Below, in pieces: positions 37,063 through 47,106 of a stretch of 64,000 bases of DNA. The DNA is from an uncultured Solirubrobacteraceae bacterium. GTDB taxonomy: Bacteria > Actinomycetota > Thermoleophilia > Solirubrobacterales > Solirubrobacteraceae. The position numbers were made by a program, and so were the translations under genes. Under the pieces are notes generated by a model. The model was not told where the DNA came from. It did not search any database and saw only the letters and a list, made by a program, of their open reading frames with translations. Every line of letters starts with the position of its first letter. Position 1 is the stretch's first letter. The DNA is taken from assembly GCA_964588985.1 (NCBI GenBank), contig CAZPQW010000011.1, positions 32,001 to 96,000 of the forward strand, written 5' to 3'.

Positions 37063-37980
37063 ATGTCCGCGCCCCTGCCACCCTCGCCAGCCTCCGTCGC
37101 GGAGCTGGCAGCGGGTTTGCGCGAGGTCGGCTACCTGCCCGGCGAGTCGACCGCGCTGGTGTCGTTCCTGGCGACCAAGCTCGGCAAGCCCGTGCTCGTG
37201 GAGGGTCCCGCCGGGGTCGGCAAGACCGAGCTCGCGAAGGCGCTCGCGAGACACCTGGGCCGCGAGCTGGTGCGCCTGCAGTGCTACGAGGGGCTCGACG
37301 AGGCGAAGGCGCTGTACGAGTGGAACTACCGCAAGCAGCTGCTGCGCATCCAGGCGGAGGCGACCGACACCGGCTGGGACGCAGTGCAGGAGGACATCTT
37401 CGGCGACGAGTTCCTGCTCGCACGCCCGCTGATGACCGCGATCGCCTCCCCCGAGCCGGTTGTGCTGCTGATCGACGAGATCGACAAGACCGACCAGGAG
37501 TTCGAGGCGATGCTGCTGGAGGTGCTCTCCGACTTCCAGATCTCGATCCCCGAGCTGGGTCTCGTGCAGGCGCGCACGCACCCGGTGGTGCTGCTCACGT
37601 CGAACAACTCGCGTGAGCTCACCGAGGCGCTCAAGCGCCGCTGCCTGTACCTGTGGCTCGACTACCCCGAGCTCGAGCACGAGCTGGAGATCGTGCGGCT
37701 GCACGCACCCGAACTCGACGAGACGGTCGCCCGCCGGCTGGTGGAGGTCGTGGGCATGGTGCGCGCACTGGACCTGAAGAAGCCGCCGTCGATCGCGGAG
37801 TCGATCGACTGGGCGCGCGCGCTACTCTTGCTCGGCGTCAAGGACATCGACTCGGACACCTTCATGGAAACGATGTCGGTGATCGTCAAGCACCGCACCG
37901 ACATGGACGTGGTCGCCGATCGCGTGGGCCTGAAGCTCAGCTCGCCCGCTGCGACCGGGCCGGCGCCGCATGTCGCCTGA
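37063..37980 (+). CDS. MoxR family AAA+ ATPase (CoxD-like)
   Basis: VEGPAGVGKTELAK, RLQCYEGLD..ALYEWNY.KQLL, LLIDEIDK, LTSN..REL.EALKRRC. Confidence 0.92.
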   Translation: MSAPLPPSPASVAELAAGLREVGYLPGESTALVSFLATKLGKPVLVEGPAGVGKTELAKALARHLGRELVRLQCYEGLDEAKALYEWNYRKQLLRIQAEATDTGWDAVQEDIFGDEFLLARPLMTAIASPEPVVLLIDEIDKTDQEFEAMLLEVLSDFQISIPELGLVQARTHPVVLLTSNNSRELTEALKRRCLYLWLDYPELEHELEIVRLHAPELDETVARRLVEVVGMVRALDLKKPPSIAESIDWARALLLLGVKDIDSDTFMETMSVIVKHRTDMDVVADRVGLKLSSPAATGPAPHVA

Positions 37981-39379
37981 GGCCGACTCGCCCCTGAGCA
38001 CCCCCAGGCCGGAGGGCCTGCCCGCACGGATACTCGAGCTGGGCGAGGAGCTGCGCCGCGAAGGCATCGCGGTGGGCACCTCGGAGCTGCTCGACGCGTT
38101 CGAGGTGCTACGCGAGATCCCGTGGACGCTTCAGGAGGACTTCCGCGAGGCGCTCGCGGCGACGCTCGCCAAGAGCCAGGAGGACCGGCGCGTGTTCGAG
38201 CTGGTGTTCGACCGCTTCTTCTTCCGCGCCGTCGAGGTCGCCGCCGCGCGCGAGGGCATCCGCGAGGAGGATCTCTCGGAGCTCGGCGAGCTCTCCGAGG
38301 AGGAGCTCGAGGCGCTGCGCACGCAGATTGCCGCCGCGCTGCGCGATGGCTCGGAGGGCGCGATGCGCGACCTCGCGCGCATGGCGATCGCCGCGTTCGC
38401 CCGCCGTCAGGAGGGCTCGGGGGTGATCGGCGTGGACGTGCAGCGCATCCGCCGTGCGCTCGGCCTGCGCGCCGAGCCACAGCCCGACCTGCCCGCCGAG
38501 GACCCGCGCCGCGACGGGCTGCCGCGCGAGGCGCTGCGCCGCTTCGAGGCGCTCCTGAGACGAGAGTTGGAGCGCGGGCAGATCGAGCGCACCGGCAACC
38601 TCCCCCCCGCACGCCCGCTCGGGGAAATGGACCGCGCGCTGCCCTCCGGCCCGCTCGCGGACCTCGCCGCGGTGCACCGCGTCGTCGCGCAGCTGCGCCG
38701 CCGCCTCGCCACCCAGGGACTGCAGGCGCGCGGGCACCGCCGCCACGCGCACGTGGACGTGCGGCGCACGATGCGCGCCTCGCTTCAGACCGGCGGCGTG
38801 CCGGTGGTGCTGAAGTACCGCCCACGCCGCCCCAAACGACCGGAGATCTACGTCCTGTGCGACGTGTCCACGAGCGTCACCTCCGCGTCGGTGTTCTTCC
38901 TGTCGGTGCTCCACGCTCTCCACGACACGTTCCGCAAGATGCGCTCGTTCGTGTTCATCGAGCGGATCTCCGAGGTGACGGACATCTTCGAACACGAGCG
39001 GAACTTCAAGGCGGTCAGCGAGAAGATCTCCGGCGACGCGGGCGTGGCGGACATCTCCGGCTACACCGACTACGGACGCGTGTGGTCGGAGTTCCTGGTG
39101 CAGGTGGAGGACGACCTCCACCCGCGCGCCACGGTGATCGTGCTCGGCGACGCGCGCACCAACGGGCGCGACCCGCGCGCGGACATCTTCGCTCAGATCG
39201 CGGCGCGCGCCGGACGCACGTTCTGGCTGAACCCGGAGCCGCGGCTGTACTGGAACTACGGCGACTCGGTGATCTCCGCGTACGAGCAGTACTGCACCGC
39301 GTTCGAGTGCTGGACGACCGCGCAGCTGGAGGACTTCGTGCGCGCGCTCACGCGGCCGGTCGTCGCGGCGCCGCGCTAG
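37970..39379 (+). CDS. VWA domain protein (CoxE-like)
   Basis: DVRRTMRASL.TGG.P, LCDVSTSV MIDAS-like, YTDYG, VLGDARTN, WLNPEP. Confidence 0.88.
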   Translation: MSPEADSPLSTPRPEGLPARILELGEELRREGIAVGTSELLDAFEVLREIPWTLQEDFREALAATLAKSQEDRRVFELVFDRFFFRAVEVAAAREGIREEDLSELGELSEEELEALRTQIAAALRDGSEGAMRDLARMAIAAFARRQEGSGVIGVDVQRIRRALGLRAEPQPDLPAEDPRRDGLPREALRRFEALLRRELERGQIERTGNLPPARPLGEMDRALPSGPLADLAAVHRVVAQLRRRLATQGLQARGHRRHAHVDVRRTMRASLQTGGVPVVLKYRPRRPKRPEIYVLCDVSTSVTSASVFFLSVLHALHDTFRKMRSFVFIERISEVTDIFEHERNFKAVSEKISGDAGVADISGYTDYGRVWSEFLVQVEDDLHPRATVIVLGDARTNGRDPRADIFAQIAARAGRTFWLNPEPRLYWNYGDSVISAYEQYCTAFECWTTAQLEDFVRALTRPVVAAPR

Positions 39380-39396
39380 CATCGGACGGGCAGCAG

Positions 39397-39502
39397 ACAC
39401 CGGGGGTGCTGGCGGGAAAGGCCGGCTGAGATGGCGCACGGGAACCGGGTTCCCCCGGCGCCGACCCTTTGAACCTGTGGGGTAATGCCCGCGAAGGGAG
39501 CG
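39397..39502 (+). ncRNA. TPP (THI-box) riboswitch
   Basis: GGGGTGC...GCTGAGA...ACCCTTTGAACCTG..GGGTAATGCCCGCGAAGGGAG, directly upstream of thiXYZ-type genes; the 3' GGGAG doubles as the RBS. Confidence 0.93.
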
Positions 39503-39504
39503 AA

Positions 39505-40287
39505 GTGCCGAGCGATCTGCAGTCCCGCCCTCAGCCCACGATCCGTCCGAGGATCGCGGCCGAGGAGATCGTGCTCGAGGACGTGAGCTTCACCTTCGCC
39601 GGCCGTGACCGCGGCGTGAGGGCGCTCGACGGGCTGTCGTTGCGAGCCGCCCGCGGCGAGCTGCTGGCGGTGGTCGGCCCGAGCGGCTGCGGCAAGAGCA
39701 CGCTTCTGGAACTGCTGTGTGGCCTGCGCACGCCCGAGCGGGGCTCGATCGCCTGTCCGCCCGCGGTGCTGATGCCCCAGCGCGACCTGCTGCTGCCGTG
39801 GCTCTCCGCGCTCGACAACGCCGGCCTCGCGCTGCGCATCGTGGGCCTCTCGCGCGCACAGGCGCGCGCCCGCGCCGGCGAGCTGTTCGCGGAGCTCGGG
39901 CTGGAGGGCTTCGAGCACGCGCGCCCACATGAGCTCTCTGGCGGCATGCGCCAGCGTGTGGCGTTCTTGCGCACGCTGTTGTCGGGCAAGCAGGTGCTGT
40001 GCCTCGACGAGCCGTTCGGCGCGCTCGACGCGATCACGCGCGGGGAGATGCAGGAGTGGCTGGCCGGAACGCTCGTCCGCGAGCCGCGCACTGTGGTGCT
40101 CGTGACCCACGACGTCGAGGAGGCGATCCTGCTGGCCGACCGCGTGGTCGTACTCTCGCCTCGGCCAGGGCGCGCAGTCGCACAGCTCGAGGTCGAGCTT
40201 GAGCGTCCGCGCGGGCGCACCGACGCGGATGTGATCGCGCTGCGCGAGCGTGCGCTCGACGCGCTGGCCGGCGGAGCCCGCGGATGA
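39505..40287 (+). CDS. ABC transporter ATP-binding protein (ThiZ-like; HMP/thiamine precursor uptake)
   Basis: GPSGCGKST, LMPQRDLLLPW, LSGGMRQR, LDEPFGALDA, VTHD; start GTG 39505. Confidence 0.9.
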   Translation: MPSDLQSRPQPTIRPRIAAEEIVLEDVSFTFAGRDRGVRALDGLSLRAARGELLAVVGPSGCGKSTLLELLCGLRTPERGSIACPPAVLMPQRDLLLPWLSALDNAGLALRIVGLSRAQARARAGELFAELGLEGFEHARPHELSGGMRQRVAFLRTLLSGKQVLCLDEPFGALDAITRGEMQEWLAGTLVREPRTVVLVTHDVEEAILLADRVVVLSPRPGRAVAQLEVELERPRGRTDADVIALRERALDALAGGARG

Positions 40288-41066
40288 GGCGTCGCGCGGT
40301 GCGCGTGCTGCCCGCGTTCGTGCTCGCCGCGGTGCTGCTCGGCGCGTGGGAGCTGTATGTGGCGCTCTCGGGCGTGGAAGCGGACGTGCTGCCGGCTCCC
40401 CACGCGATCGCGACGGAACTGTGGGACAGCGCGAACGTCCTGTGGCGCAACTTCTCGGTCACCGCCGAGGAGGTCGTGCTGGGACTCGGCCTGGCCCTCG
40501 TGAGCGGATTCGCGCTCGCGGTCGCCATCCACCTCTCGCCGCTGCTGCGCCGCGCGGTCTACCCGCTGGCCGTGGGCTCGCAGGCGTTGCCGATCCCGCT
40601 GATCGGCGTGCCGCTGGTGTTCTGGTGGGGTTTTGGGATCTTCCCCAAGCTGGTGGTGGTCGCTCTGATCTGCTTCTTCCCGGTGCTCGTCACCACCGTC
40701 GACGGCCTCGCGACGGTGGACCCCGACCAGCCCAAGCTGCTGCGCACGCTCGACGCCTCACGCTGGCAGGCGTTCCGCCTCGCCGAGCTGCCGGCGGCGC
40801 TGCCGGCGGCGCTCAGCGGAGCGCGCATCGCGCTGGCGGTTGGTGTGATCGGAGCGTTCATCGCCGAGACCACGACCCCGACCACCGGCGCCTACCCCGG
40901 CCTGGGGCGCCAGATCATCGCCGAAATCAACGCCTTCAACACGACGCGGGCCTATGCGGCTACGGCCGTCCTGTTCGCCTTCGCGATCGCCTGCTTCTAC
41001 GCGCTGTCCGTCGCCGAGCGCAGACTTGCACCCTGGAGCATCCAATCCCGAGGAGATATCCCTTGA
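40284..41066 (+). CDS. ABC transporter permease (ThiX-like)
   Basis: LPAP..I, WWGFG..PK, FFP.., EAA-like LRTLDASRWQ.FR..ELP.ALP. Confidence 0.9.
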   Translation: MRRRAVRVLPAFVLAAVLLGAWELYVALSGVEADVLPAPHAIATELWDSANVLWRNFSVTAEEVVLGLGLALVSGFALAVAIHLSPLLRRAVYPLAVGSQALPIPLIGVPLVFWWGFGIFPKLVVVALICFFPVLVTTVDGLATVDPDQPKLLRTLDASRWQAFRLAELPAALPAALSGARIALAVGVIGAFIAETTTPTTGAYPGLGRQIIAEINAFNTTRAYAATAVLFAFAIACFYALSVAERRLAPWSIQSRGDIP

Positions 41067-42097
41067 CCGACTCAGCGATCCGTCGACCCGCGACCGTGCT
41101 GCTCGCCGCCGCGTGCCTTGCGTGCGCGCTCGCGCTCGGAGCGTGCGGCAGCAAGCAGGACTCGCTCACCGCGCCCGGGGTCAAGCCGTTCTCGGTGATG
41201 CTCGACTTCTTCCCCAACGCCGACCACGCGCCTCTGTATGCGGCGATCGCGAACGGCGACTTCCGCAGAGCCGGCCTGAGCGTCGAGCCTGAGACGCCCG
41301 CGGAAACGGCCGAACCGCTGAAGCTGCTCGCCGCCGGCAAGGTCGACATGGCGATCTCCTACGAGCCCGAGCTGATGCTCGCCCGCGATCGCGGCCTGAA
41401 GCTCGTGTCGATCGGAGCGCTCGTGCAGCGACCCCTGACGTCGATCATCGCGCTTCCCGGCAAGCACGTCGCGAACGTGTCCGCGCTCGCGGGCAAGACC
41501 GTCGGCACGGCCGGGATCGCCTACCAGACGGCCGAGCTGCACACCGCGCTAGCGCACGCGGGCGTCTCCACCGGCAGTGTGAAGGAAGCGAACGTCGGCT
41601 TCAACCTCGTGCCCGCGATGCTGTCCGGACGGGTCGACGCGACGCTCGGCGGCTTCTGGAACTACGAGGGGATCCAACTGCGCCTGCTGCACAAGCATCC
41701 CGTCGTGATCCCCGTCGATCAGGCGGGCGTGCCCACGTATGACGAGCTCGTGCTGGTCGTGCGCGAAGACGAGGCCCACACGCGCGGCCAGGACCTGCGC
41801 GCGTTCCTGCAGGCGCTCACCCGCGGCGAGCACGAGGTGCGCGCGAACCCGTCCGGCGCGGCCGCGCTGCTCGTCAAGGCCAACCCGTCGCTGGAAGCGA
41901 AGCTGCAGCTGGAATCGATCAAGCAGACGCTGCCGGCGGTCCTCCCCGCCGACTCGAGCGACCCCTACGGCTGGCAGCAGCCGACCGCGTGGGCGACGTT
42001 CGGCGCGTGGATGTTCGCGCACGGCCTGCTTTCCCACGACCCCAACGGAGGGTTGCCTCCGTTCACGAACGAGTTCCTGCCGGGACAGGGGATCTGA
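41063..42097 (+). CDS. NMT1/THI5-family substrate-binding lipoprotein (ThiY-like)
   Basis: Lipobox LALGAC, LDFFPNADHAPLY.A, ISYEPE, GGFWNYEG; start TTG 41063. Confidence 0.9.
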   Translation: MTDSAIRRPATVLLAAACLACALALGACGSKQDSLTAPGVKPFSVMLDFFPNADHAPLYAAIANGDFRRAGLSVEPETPAETAEPLKLLAAGKVDMAISYEPELMLARDRGLKLVSIGALVQRPLTSIIALPGKHVANVSALAGKTVGTAGIAYQTAELHTALAHAGVSTGSVKEANVGFNLVPAMLSGRVDATLGGFWNYEGIQLRLLHKHPVVIPVDQAGVPTYDELVLVVREDEAHTRGQDLRAFLQALTRGEHEVRANPSGAAALLVKANPSLEAKLQLESIKQTLPAVLPADSSDPYGWQQPTAWATFGAWMFAHGLLSHDPNGGLPPFTNEFLPGQGI

Positions 42098-42148
42098 CTA
42101 TCTGACTCTTGGGTCTTTGCGTAATAGTTTGTATATACTGACTTTACG

Positions 42149-43858
42149 GTGGAGGCCGAGGAAGTAGGACTCGGGCCTGAGGCTGCAGGCCAGACGGCTG
42201 CTCACGGCGCGGCCCTGCCTTCGACAGCCGCCTCGCAGAGCCTCGCCTCGCAGGCAGCGCTGCTCGACCTGGTCCCGGACGCGTTCGTGGGCATCGACGC
42301 CGACGGCGGGATCACGCTCGCCAACAAACAAGTCGAGTCCCTCTTCGGCTACTCCCACGAGCAGCTGATCGGTCAGCCGCTCGAGATCCTCCTGCCCGAG
42401 CGCTTCGTGGCCGCTCACCGCGGCCACCGCGCCCGCTTCTTCTCCCACCCGCATACCCGCCCGATGGATAGCGGGCTGGAACTGACGGGACGCCGGCTGG
42501 ACGGCAGCGAGTTCCCGGCGGAAATCAGCTTGGGAACCATCGAGCTCGAAGGCCACATGCTCGCAACGGCAGCCATCCGCGACATCAGTGATCGCATCGC
42601 GGTCGTGCGCGAGAAGGAGCGACTCGAGGCCGAAGCCGAACGCGAGCATCTGGTCAACCAGCTGCACCACGTTCGGCGCCTGGAGAGCCTCGGCGAGCTT
42701 GCGGGCGGCGTCGCCCACGACTTCAACAACCTGCTCGCCGTGATCATCAACTACGCAGCGTTCGTCGCCGAGGATCTCGACGCGGCGGGCGAGAGCGAGG
42801 AGAAGCGCCACATCTTGCGGGCCGACGTCGAGCAGATCGGCCTGGCGGCGCAGCGGGCCGCGCACCTCACGCACCAGCTGCTCGCATTCGCCCGACGCGA
42901 GGTGGTACAGCCTGAGGTCGTCGACGTCAACACGGTGGTTGCCGACATCGAGCAGCTCCTCACACGCACTCTCGGCGAGCACATAACCCTGCGCAGCGAA
43001 CTCGCCGCGGACCTGCGATCGGTCCTCATCGATCCGGGGCAGCTCGAGCAGATGCTCGTCAACCTCGCCATCAACGCCCGCGATGCGATGCCGAACGGCG
43101 GCACGCTCACGATCGACACCGCCAACTTCGACATCGACGCCGACTACACACATCACCGACCCGAGCTGTCTCCCGGCCCCTACGTTCGCCTGCGTGTCAG
43201 CGACAACGGCACGGGCATGGAGCACGACGTCATCGAACGTGCCTTCGACCCGTTCTTCACCACCAAGCCCGCCGGCCAGGGGACCGGGCTCGGACTCGCG
43301 ACCGTCTACGGCATCGTCCAACAGGCCGGCGGGCAGGCGCGGATCTACTCAGAGTCCAGCATCGGCACGACGTTCACCGCGCTGCTGCCCGCGACCGATC
43401 GCAGTCCGACCCGCGCCCCTGTCGAGATCGATCGCGAGCGCCTGCGCGGCAAGTCCACGATCCTGCTGGTGGAGGACGAGCAGGCTCTGCGCGAGGTCAT
43501 CGAACGGATCCTCACGAGCAGCGGCTACCAGGTCCTCAGCGCCACCAACGGCGCCGAGGCACTCGCGCTCGCCGGCAAGTCGCTGGAAGGCATAGACCTG
43601 CTGCTGACCGACGTGATCATGCCGGTGATGCACGGCCCGCAGCTCGCCGAGCAGATTAAGCAGATGCGACCGTCGATCCGGGTGATGTTCATGTCCGGCT
43701 TCGCCCAGCCGATCCTCGACGCGGGCGGACACCTGGAGCCGGGCGTGATTCTGATCGAGAAGCCGTTCGCGGGAGCGGACCTGCTGGAAAAGGTGCGCCA
43801 GGTCCTCGAATCCGATGCGCAGAGCAATAGCCGGCAAGCCGGCGGGGAGGAACGATGA
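42149..43858 (+). CDS. PAS-domain hybrid sensor histidine kinase with C-terminal receiver
   Basis: PAS (LFGY...LIG..LE.LLP, RRLDGSEFP), LAGGVAHDFNNLL, NLAINARDAM, FDPFFTTK..G.GTGLGL, REC (LLVEDE, LLTDVIMP, KPF). Confidence 0.94.
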   Translation: MEAEEVGLGPEAAGQTAAHGAALPSTAASQSLASQAALLDLVPDAFVGIDADGGITLANKQVESLFGYSHEQLIGQPLEILLPERFVAAHRGHRARFFSHPHTRPMDSGLELTGRRLDGSEFPAEISLGTIELEGHMLATAAIRDISDRIAVVREKERLEAEAEREHLVNQLHHVRRLESLGELAGGVAHDFNNLLAVIINYAAFVAEDLDAAGESEEKRHILRADVEQIGLAAQRAAHLTHQLLAFARREVVQPEVVDVNTVVADIEQLLTRTLGEHITLRSELAADLRSVLIDPGQLEQMLVNLAINARDAMPNGGTLTIDTANFDIDADYTHHRPELSPGPYVRLRVSDNGTGMEHDVIERAFDPFFTTKPAGQGTGLGLATVYGIVQQAGGQARIYSESSIGTTFTALLPATDRSPTRAPVEIDRERLRGKSTILLVEDEQALREVIERILTSSGYQVLSATNGAEALALAGKSLEGIDLLLTDVIMPVMHGPQLAEQIKQMRPSIRVMFMSGFAQPILDAGGHLEPGVILIEKPFAGADLLEKVRQVLESDAQSNSRQAGGEER

Positions 43859-44922
43859 CGGAGCTGCTGATCGTGGATGACGACGTGCCTCTGAGGCGCT
43901 GGGCCGAGCGGGTGGTGAGCGACGGCGGCTACGCGTGCGACAGCGCGGGCGACGCTGCCGAGGCACGCGAACGTCTACAGCAGAGCGCCTATTCGCTCGT
44001 CCTGCTCGACGTCCGCATGCCAGGCGAGTCGGGGATGGAGCTCCTGAGCCACATCCGCTCCTCGTTCCCTGCCACGGCCGTGGTGATGGTCACGGGCGAG
44101 GACGACCAGCAGCTTGCGATGAGCGCGATCGAGCACGGCGCGTATGGCTACATGGTCAAGCCGGTCAGATCGGGGGAGCTGTTGATCAACGTCGCCAACG
44201 CACTGCACCGCCGCCGCAGCGAGGCCGACCGCCAGCAGATGGTGAGCACGCTCGAGAACGCCGTGCAGGACAGCAGCTACAAGCTCGAGCACGCGCTGCA
44301 GGAGCTGCACCTGTCCGAGAGCATGGTGTGGGCCTCGCAGGCGGAGACGATCCTGCGCCTGGCGCGACTGGTGGAGTTCCGCGACGAGGAGACCGGGCAC
44401 CACCTGCAGCGGATGAGCTCCTACTGCGAGATCCTCGCGTGCGAGCTCGGCCTGTCCGAGCGCCACCGGGAGGTCGTGCGCCTGGCCAGCCAGCTGCACG
44501 ACGTGGGCAAGGTCGCGATCCCCGACAGCATCCTGCGCAAGTCGGGCAAGCTCACGCCGCAGGAGTTCGAGGTGATCCAGACGCACGCCGAAATCGGCCA
44601 CGAGATGCTCACGGGCTCGACCTCCGAGGTCGTGCAGATTGGCGCGACGATCGCGCTCACCCATCACGAGCGCTGGGATGGCAGCGGCTATCCGGGCGAG
44701 CTCTCCGGCGAGGAGATCCCAGAGGAGGGCCGCATCGCGGCGATCGCGGACGTGTTCGACGCGCTCACCTCCGATCGCGTCTACCGTCCGGCGTTCCCGG
44801 TGAGTCTGGCGCTCAAAACCATGCAGGCCGAGCGCGGCACACACTTCGACCCGCGGATGCTCGACGCGTTCATGCACGCGCTTCCCGAAGTCGAAGCGGT
44901 CAGGCGCACCTACGGCGACTGA
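43855..44922 (+). CDS. Response regulator with HD-GYP phosphodiesterase domain (RpfG-like)
   Basis: REC (LIVDDD, LLDVRMP, KP); ETG.H..R, LHDVGK, HHERWDGSGYP, ADVFDAL...RVYR. Confidence 0.93.
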   Translation: MTELLIVDDDVPLRRWAERVVSDGGYACDSAGDAAEARERLQQSAYSLVLLDVRMPGESGMELLSHIRSSFPATAVVMVTGEDDQQLAMSAIEHGAYGYMVKPVRSGELLINVANALHRRRSEADRQQMVSTLENAVQDSSYKLEHALQELHLSESMVWASQAETILRLARLVEFRDEETGHHLQRMSSYCEILACELGLSERHREVVRLASQLHDVGKVAIPDSILRKSGKLTPQEFEVIQTHAEIGHEMLTGSTSEVVQIGATIALTHHERWDGSGYPGELSGEEIPEEGRIAAIADVFDALTSDRVYRPAFPVSLALKTMQAERGTHFDPRMLDAFMHALPEVEAVRRTYGD

Positions 44923-44985
44923 CGCGCGCCGAGCCGCCACTCCGACGGCCCCGCCGCCTGTTCCCGCAAGCGCTACCGTCCAACG

Positions 44986-46023
44986 ATGGCTTGCATCGGG
45001 CTGCTCACCGGAGGAGGCGACTGTCCCGGACTGAACGCCGTCATCCGCGCGGTCGTCCGCAGCGGCTCGGCCCGCGGCGAGCATCGATTCGTCGGGTTCC
45101 GCCACGGCTGGGCCGGGCTGCTGGACGACGAGGCTGACGAGCTGACGCTGCAGAGCACCGTCGGCCTGCTCCCACGCGGCGGGACGATTCTCGGCACCTC
45201 GCGCACCAACCCCTACGCGGACGGCGCCGACGGGACCGCGCAGATCGTGCGCACTCTGAAGAGCCGCGGCGTCGACGCGCTGATCCCGATCGGCGGCGAG
45301 GACACGCTCGGGGTGGCCCTGCGCCTGCACCGCGAGGGGGTGCCGGTGGTGGGCGTGCCCAAGACGATCGACAACGACCTCGGCGGCACCGACGTGACGG
45401 TCGGCTTTCAGACCGCCGTTCAGATCGTGACCGACGCGATCGACCGTCTGCACACGACCGCCGAGTCCCACGACCGCGTGATGGTCGTCGAGGTGATGGG
45501 CAGGCACGCCGGGTGGATCGCGACGCACGCGGGCATCGCGGGAGGCGCCGACGCGATCCTCGTGCCCGAGCGCCCGTTCGACATCGACGAGGTCGTGGCA
45601 TACGTCCGCCGCCGCCACGAGCGGGGGCGCAGCTTCTCGATCGTGGTCGCCGCCGAGGGAGCGAAGCCGCGCGAAGGCACCCTGCAGACGCGGGCCGGGA
45701 CGACCGCGGACGCGTTCGGACACGTGCGCCTGGGAGGGATCGGCGTCACCCTCGAGGCGGAGATCGAGGCGCGCACCGGCTATGAGACGCGCGTGACGAT
45801 CCTCGGGCACGTACAGCGCGGGGGCACGCCCGTGGCGTTCGACCGGGTCCTCGCAACGCGCTTCGGCGTGGCCGCGATGGACGCTGTCGCCGCGGGACGC
45901 TTCGGCACGATGGTGGGCTTGAGCGGCAGCGAGATCGTCGAGGTCGAACTCGAGGAGGCGCTGCGCAAACCCAAGCTGCTCGACCCAGCCCTCTACGAGA
46001 CCGCCGAGCTGTTCTTCGGCTGA
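44986..46023 (+). CDS. pfkA: 6-phosphofructokinase, group III, probably PPi-dependent
   Basis: TGGGDCPGLN, GGTILGTSR, GGEDT, PKTIDND, EVMGRHAGWI, LGHVQRGG. Confidence 0.92.
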   Translation: MACIGLLTGGGDCPGLNAVIRAVVRSGSARGEHRFVGFRHGWAGLLDDEADELTLQSTVGLLPRGGTILGTSRTNPYADGADGTAQIVRTLKSRGVDALIPIGGEDTLGVALRLHREGVPVVGVPKTIDNDLGGTDVTVGFQTAVQIVTDAIDRLHTTAESHDRVMVVEVMGRHAGWIATHAGIAGGADAILVPERPFDIDEVVAYVRRRHERGRSFSIVVAAEGAKPREGTLQTRAGTTADAFGHVRLGGIGVTLEAEIEARTGYETRVTILGHVQRGGTPVAFDRVLATRFGVAAMDAVAAGRFGTMVGLSGSEIVEVELEEALRKPKLLDPALYETAELFFG

Positions 46024-46038
46024 CGGCCGAGCTGGCGC

Positions 46039-47106
46039 TCAGAGCGGCCAGTGGCAAGCGAGCTTCGCGACGGCGCGCTCCACCAGCGATCCCGGATCGT
46101 CCGACGACGGCTCGAACGTCGCCTCGCGCGGCTGCCCCTCGCCCGCGAGAGCCGGCAGCGTCGCGCAGACGCACTCGGCCAGCACGCGCCGGTTGTAGCC
46201 GCCCTCCAACACCACCCCAAGCGGGATGCCCGAGGCGAGCGCCATATCGCGCACGCGCATCGCCATCTCCGGGAAGGAGCGCGTCTCCAGGGCGCAGTCG
46301 GCCAACGGGTCCTCGACGTGCGCGTCGAAGCCCGCGGAGACGAGCACGAGCTCGGGCTCGAACGCGACCGCCGAGGGCAGGATCACGCGCTCCAGCAGCG
46401 CGAGCCACAGCGGCTCGCGCGAGCCCGCGGGCACCGGCAGGTTGATCGTGTAGCCCTCTCCCGGACCCGAGCCAACGTCGTCGAGCGGGCCGCTCCCGGG
46501 AAACAGCCCCTGCTGGTGGATGCTCGCGAACAGCACGTCGTCGCGCTCGCGAAATATCTCCCCGGTGCCGTTGCCGTGGTGCACGTCCCAGTCGAGCACG
46601 AACACCCTGCTCAATCCCAGATCGGCGATCGCCGAGGCAGCCGCGACGGCGACGTTGTCGAACAGGCAGAAGCCCATCGCGCGCTCACGCTCGGCGTGGT
46701 GACCCGACGGCCGGACCGCGCAGAACCCCACACGCGCCTCTTCGGCCAGGAGCGCGCGCGTCATCTCGCACGCACCACCGGCTGCATGCAGCGCCGCGCG
46801 AAACGACTCTTCGCCGACGAACGTATCGGGGTCGATCGCGCCGCCGCCGGCCGCGCACAGATCCATGATCGAGCTCACGTGTCGCGCGGAGTGCACCAGC
46901 TGCAGTTGCTCGACGCTCGCGGCGGGCGCCTCGCGCCGCTCCCACCCCAGCCAGTCACGCTCCGCGAGTGCCCGTTCGAGCGCGATCAGACGCTCCGGCG
47001 TGTCGGGATGCATTGGCGAGTGCACGCGCGGGTCGTGCTCGAGGCACGCCGGATGGCTGAAGTACAGGCCCGGGCTGACGAGGGGCCTCTCCGATTCGCG
47101 ATCCAC
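46039..47106 (-). CDS. Histone deacetylase family protein (Zn-dependent amidohydrolase)
   Basis: HPDTPERL, RPSGHHA, GFC.FDNVAVA, LDWDVHHGNGT, SAGFDAH..DPL, LEGGY; start GTG 47106. Confidence 0.93.
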   Translation of the reverse strand: MDRESERPLVSPGLYFSHPACLEHDPRVHSPMHPDTPERLIALERALAERDWLGWERREAPAASVEQLQLVHSARHVSSIMDLCAAGGGAIDPDTFVGEESFRAALHAAGGACEMTRALLAEEARVGFCAVRPSGHHAERERAMGFCLFDNVAVAAASAIADLGLSRVFVLDWDVHHGNGTGEIFRERDDVLFASIHQQGLFPGSGPLDDVGSGPGEGYTINLPVPAGSREPLWLALLERVILPSAVAFEPELVLVSAGFDAHVEDPLADCALETRSFPEMAMRVRDMALASGIPLGVVLEGGYNRRVLAECVCATLPALAGEGQPREATFEPSSDDPGSLVERAVAKLACHWPL

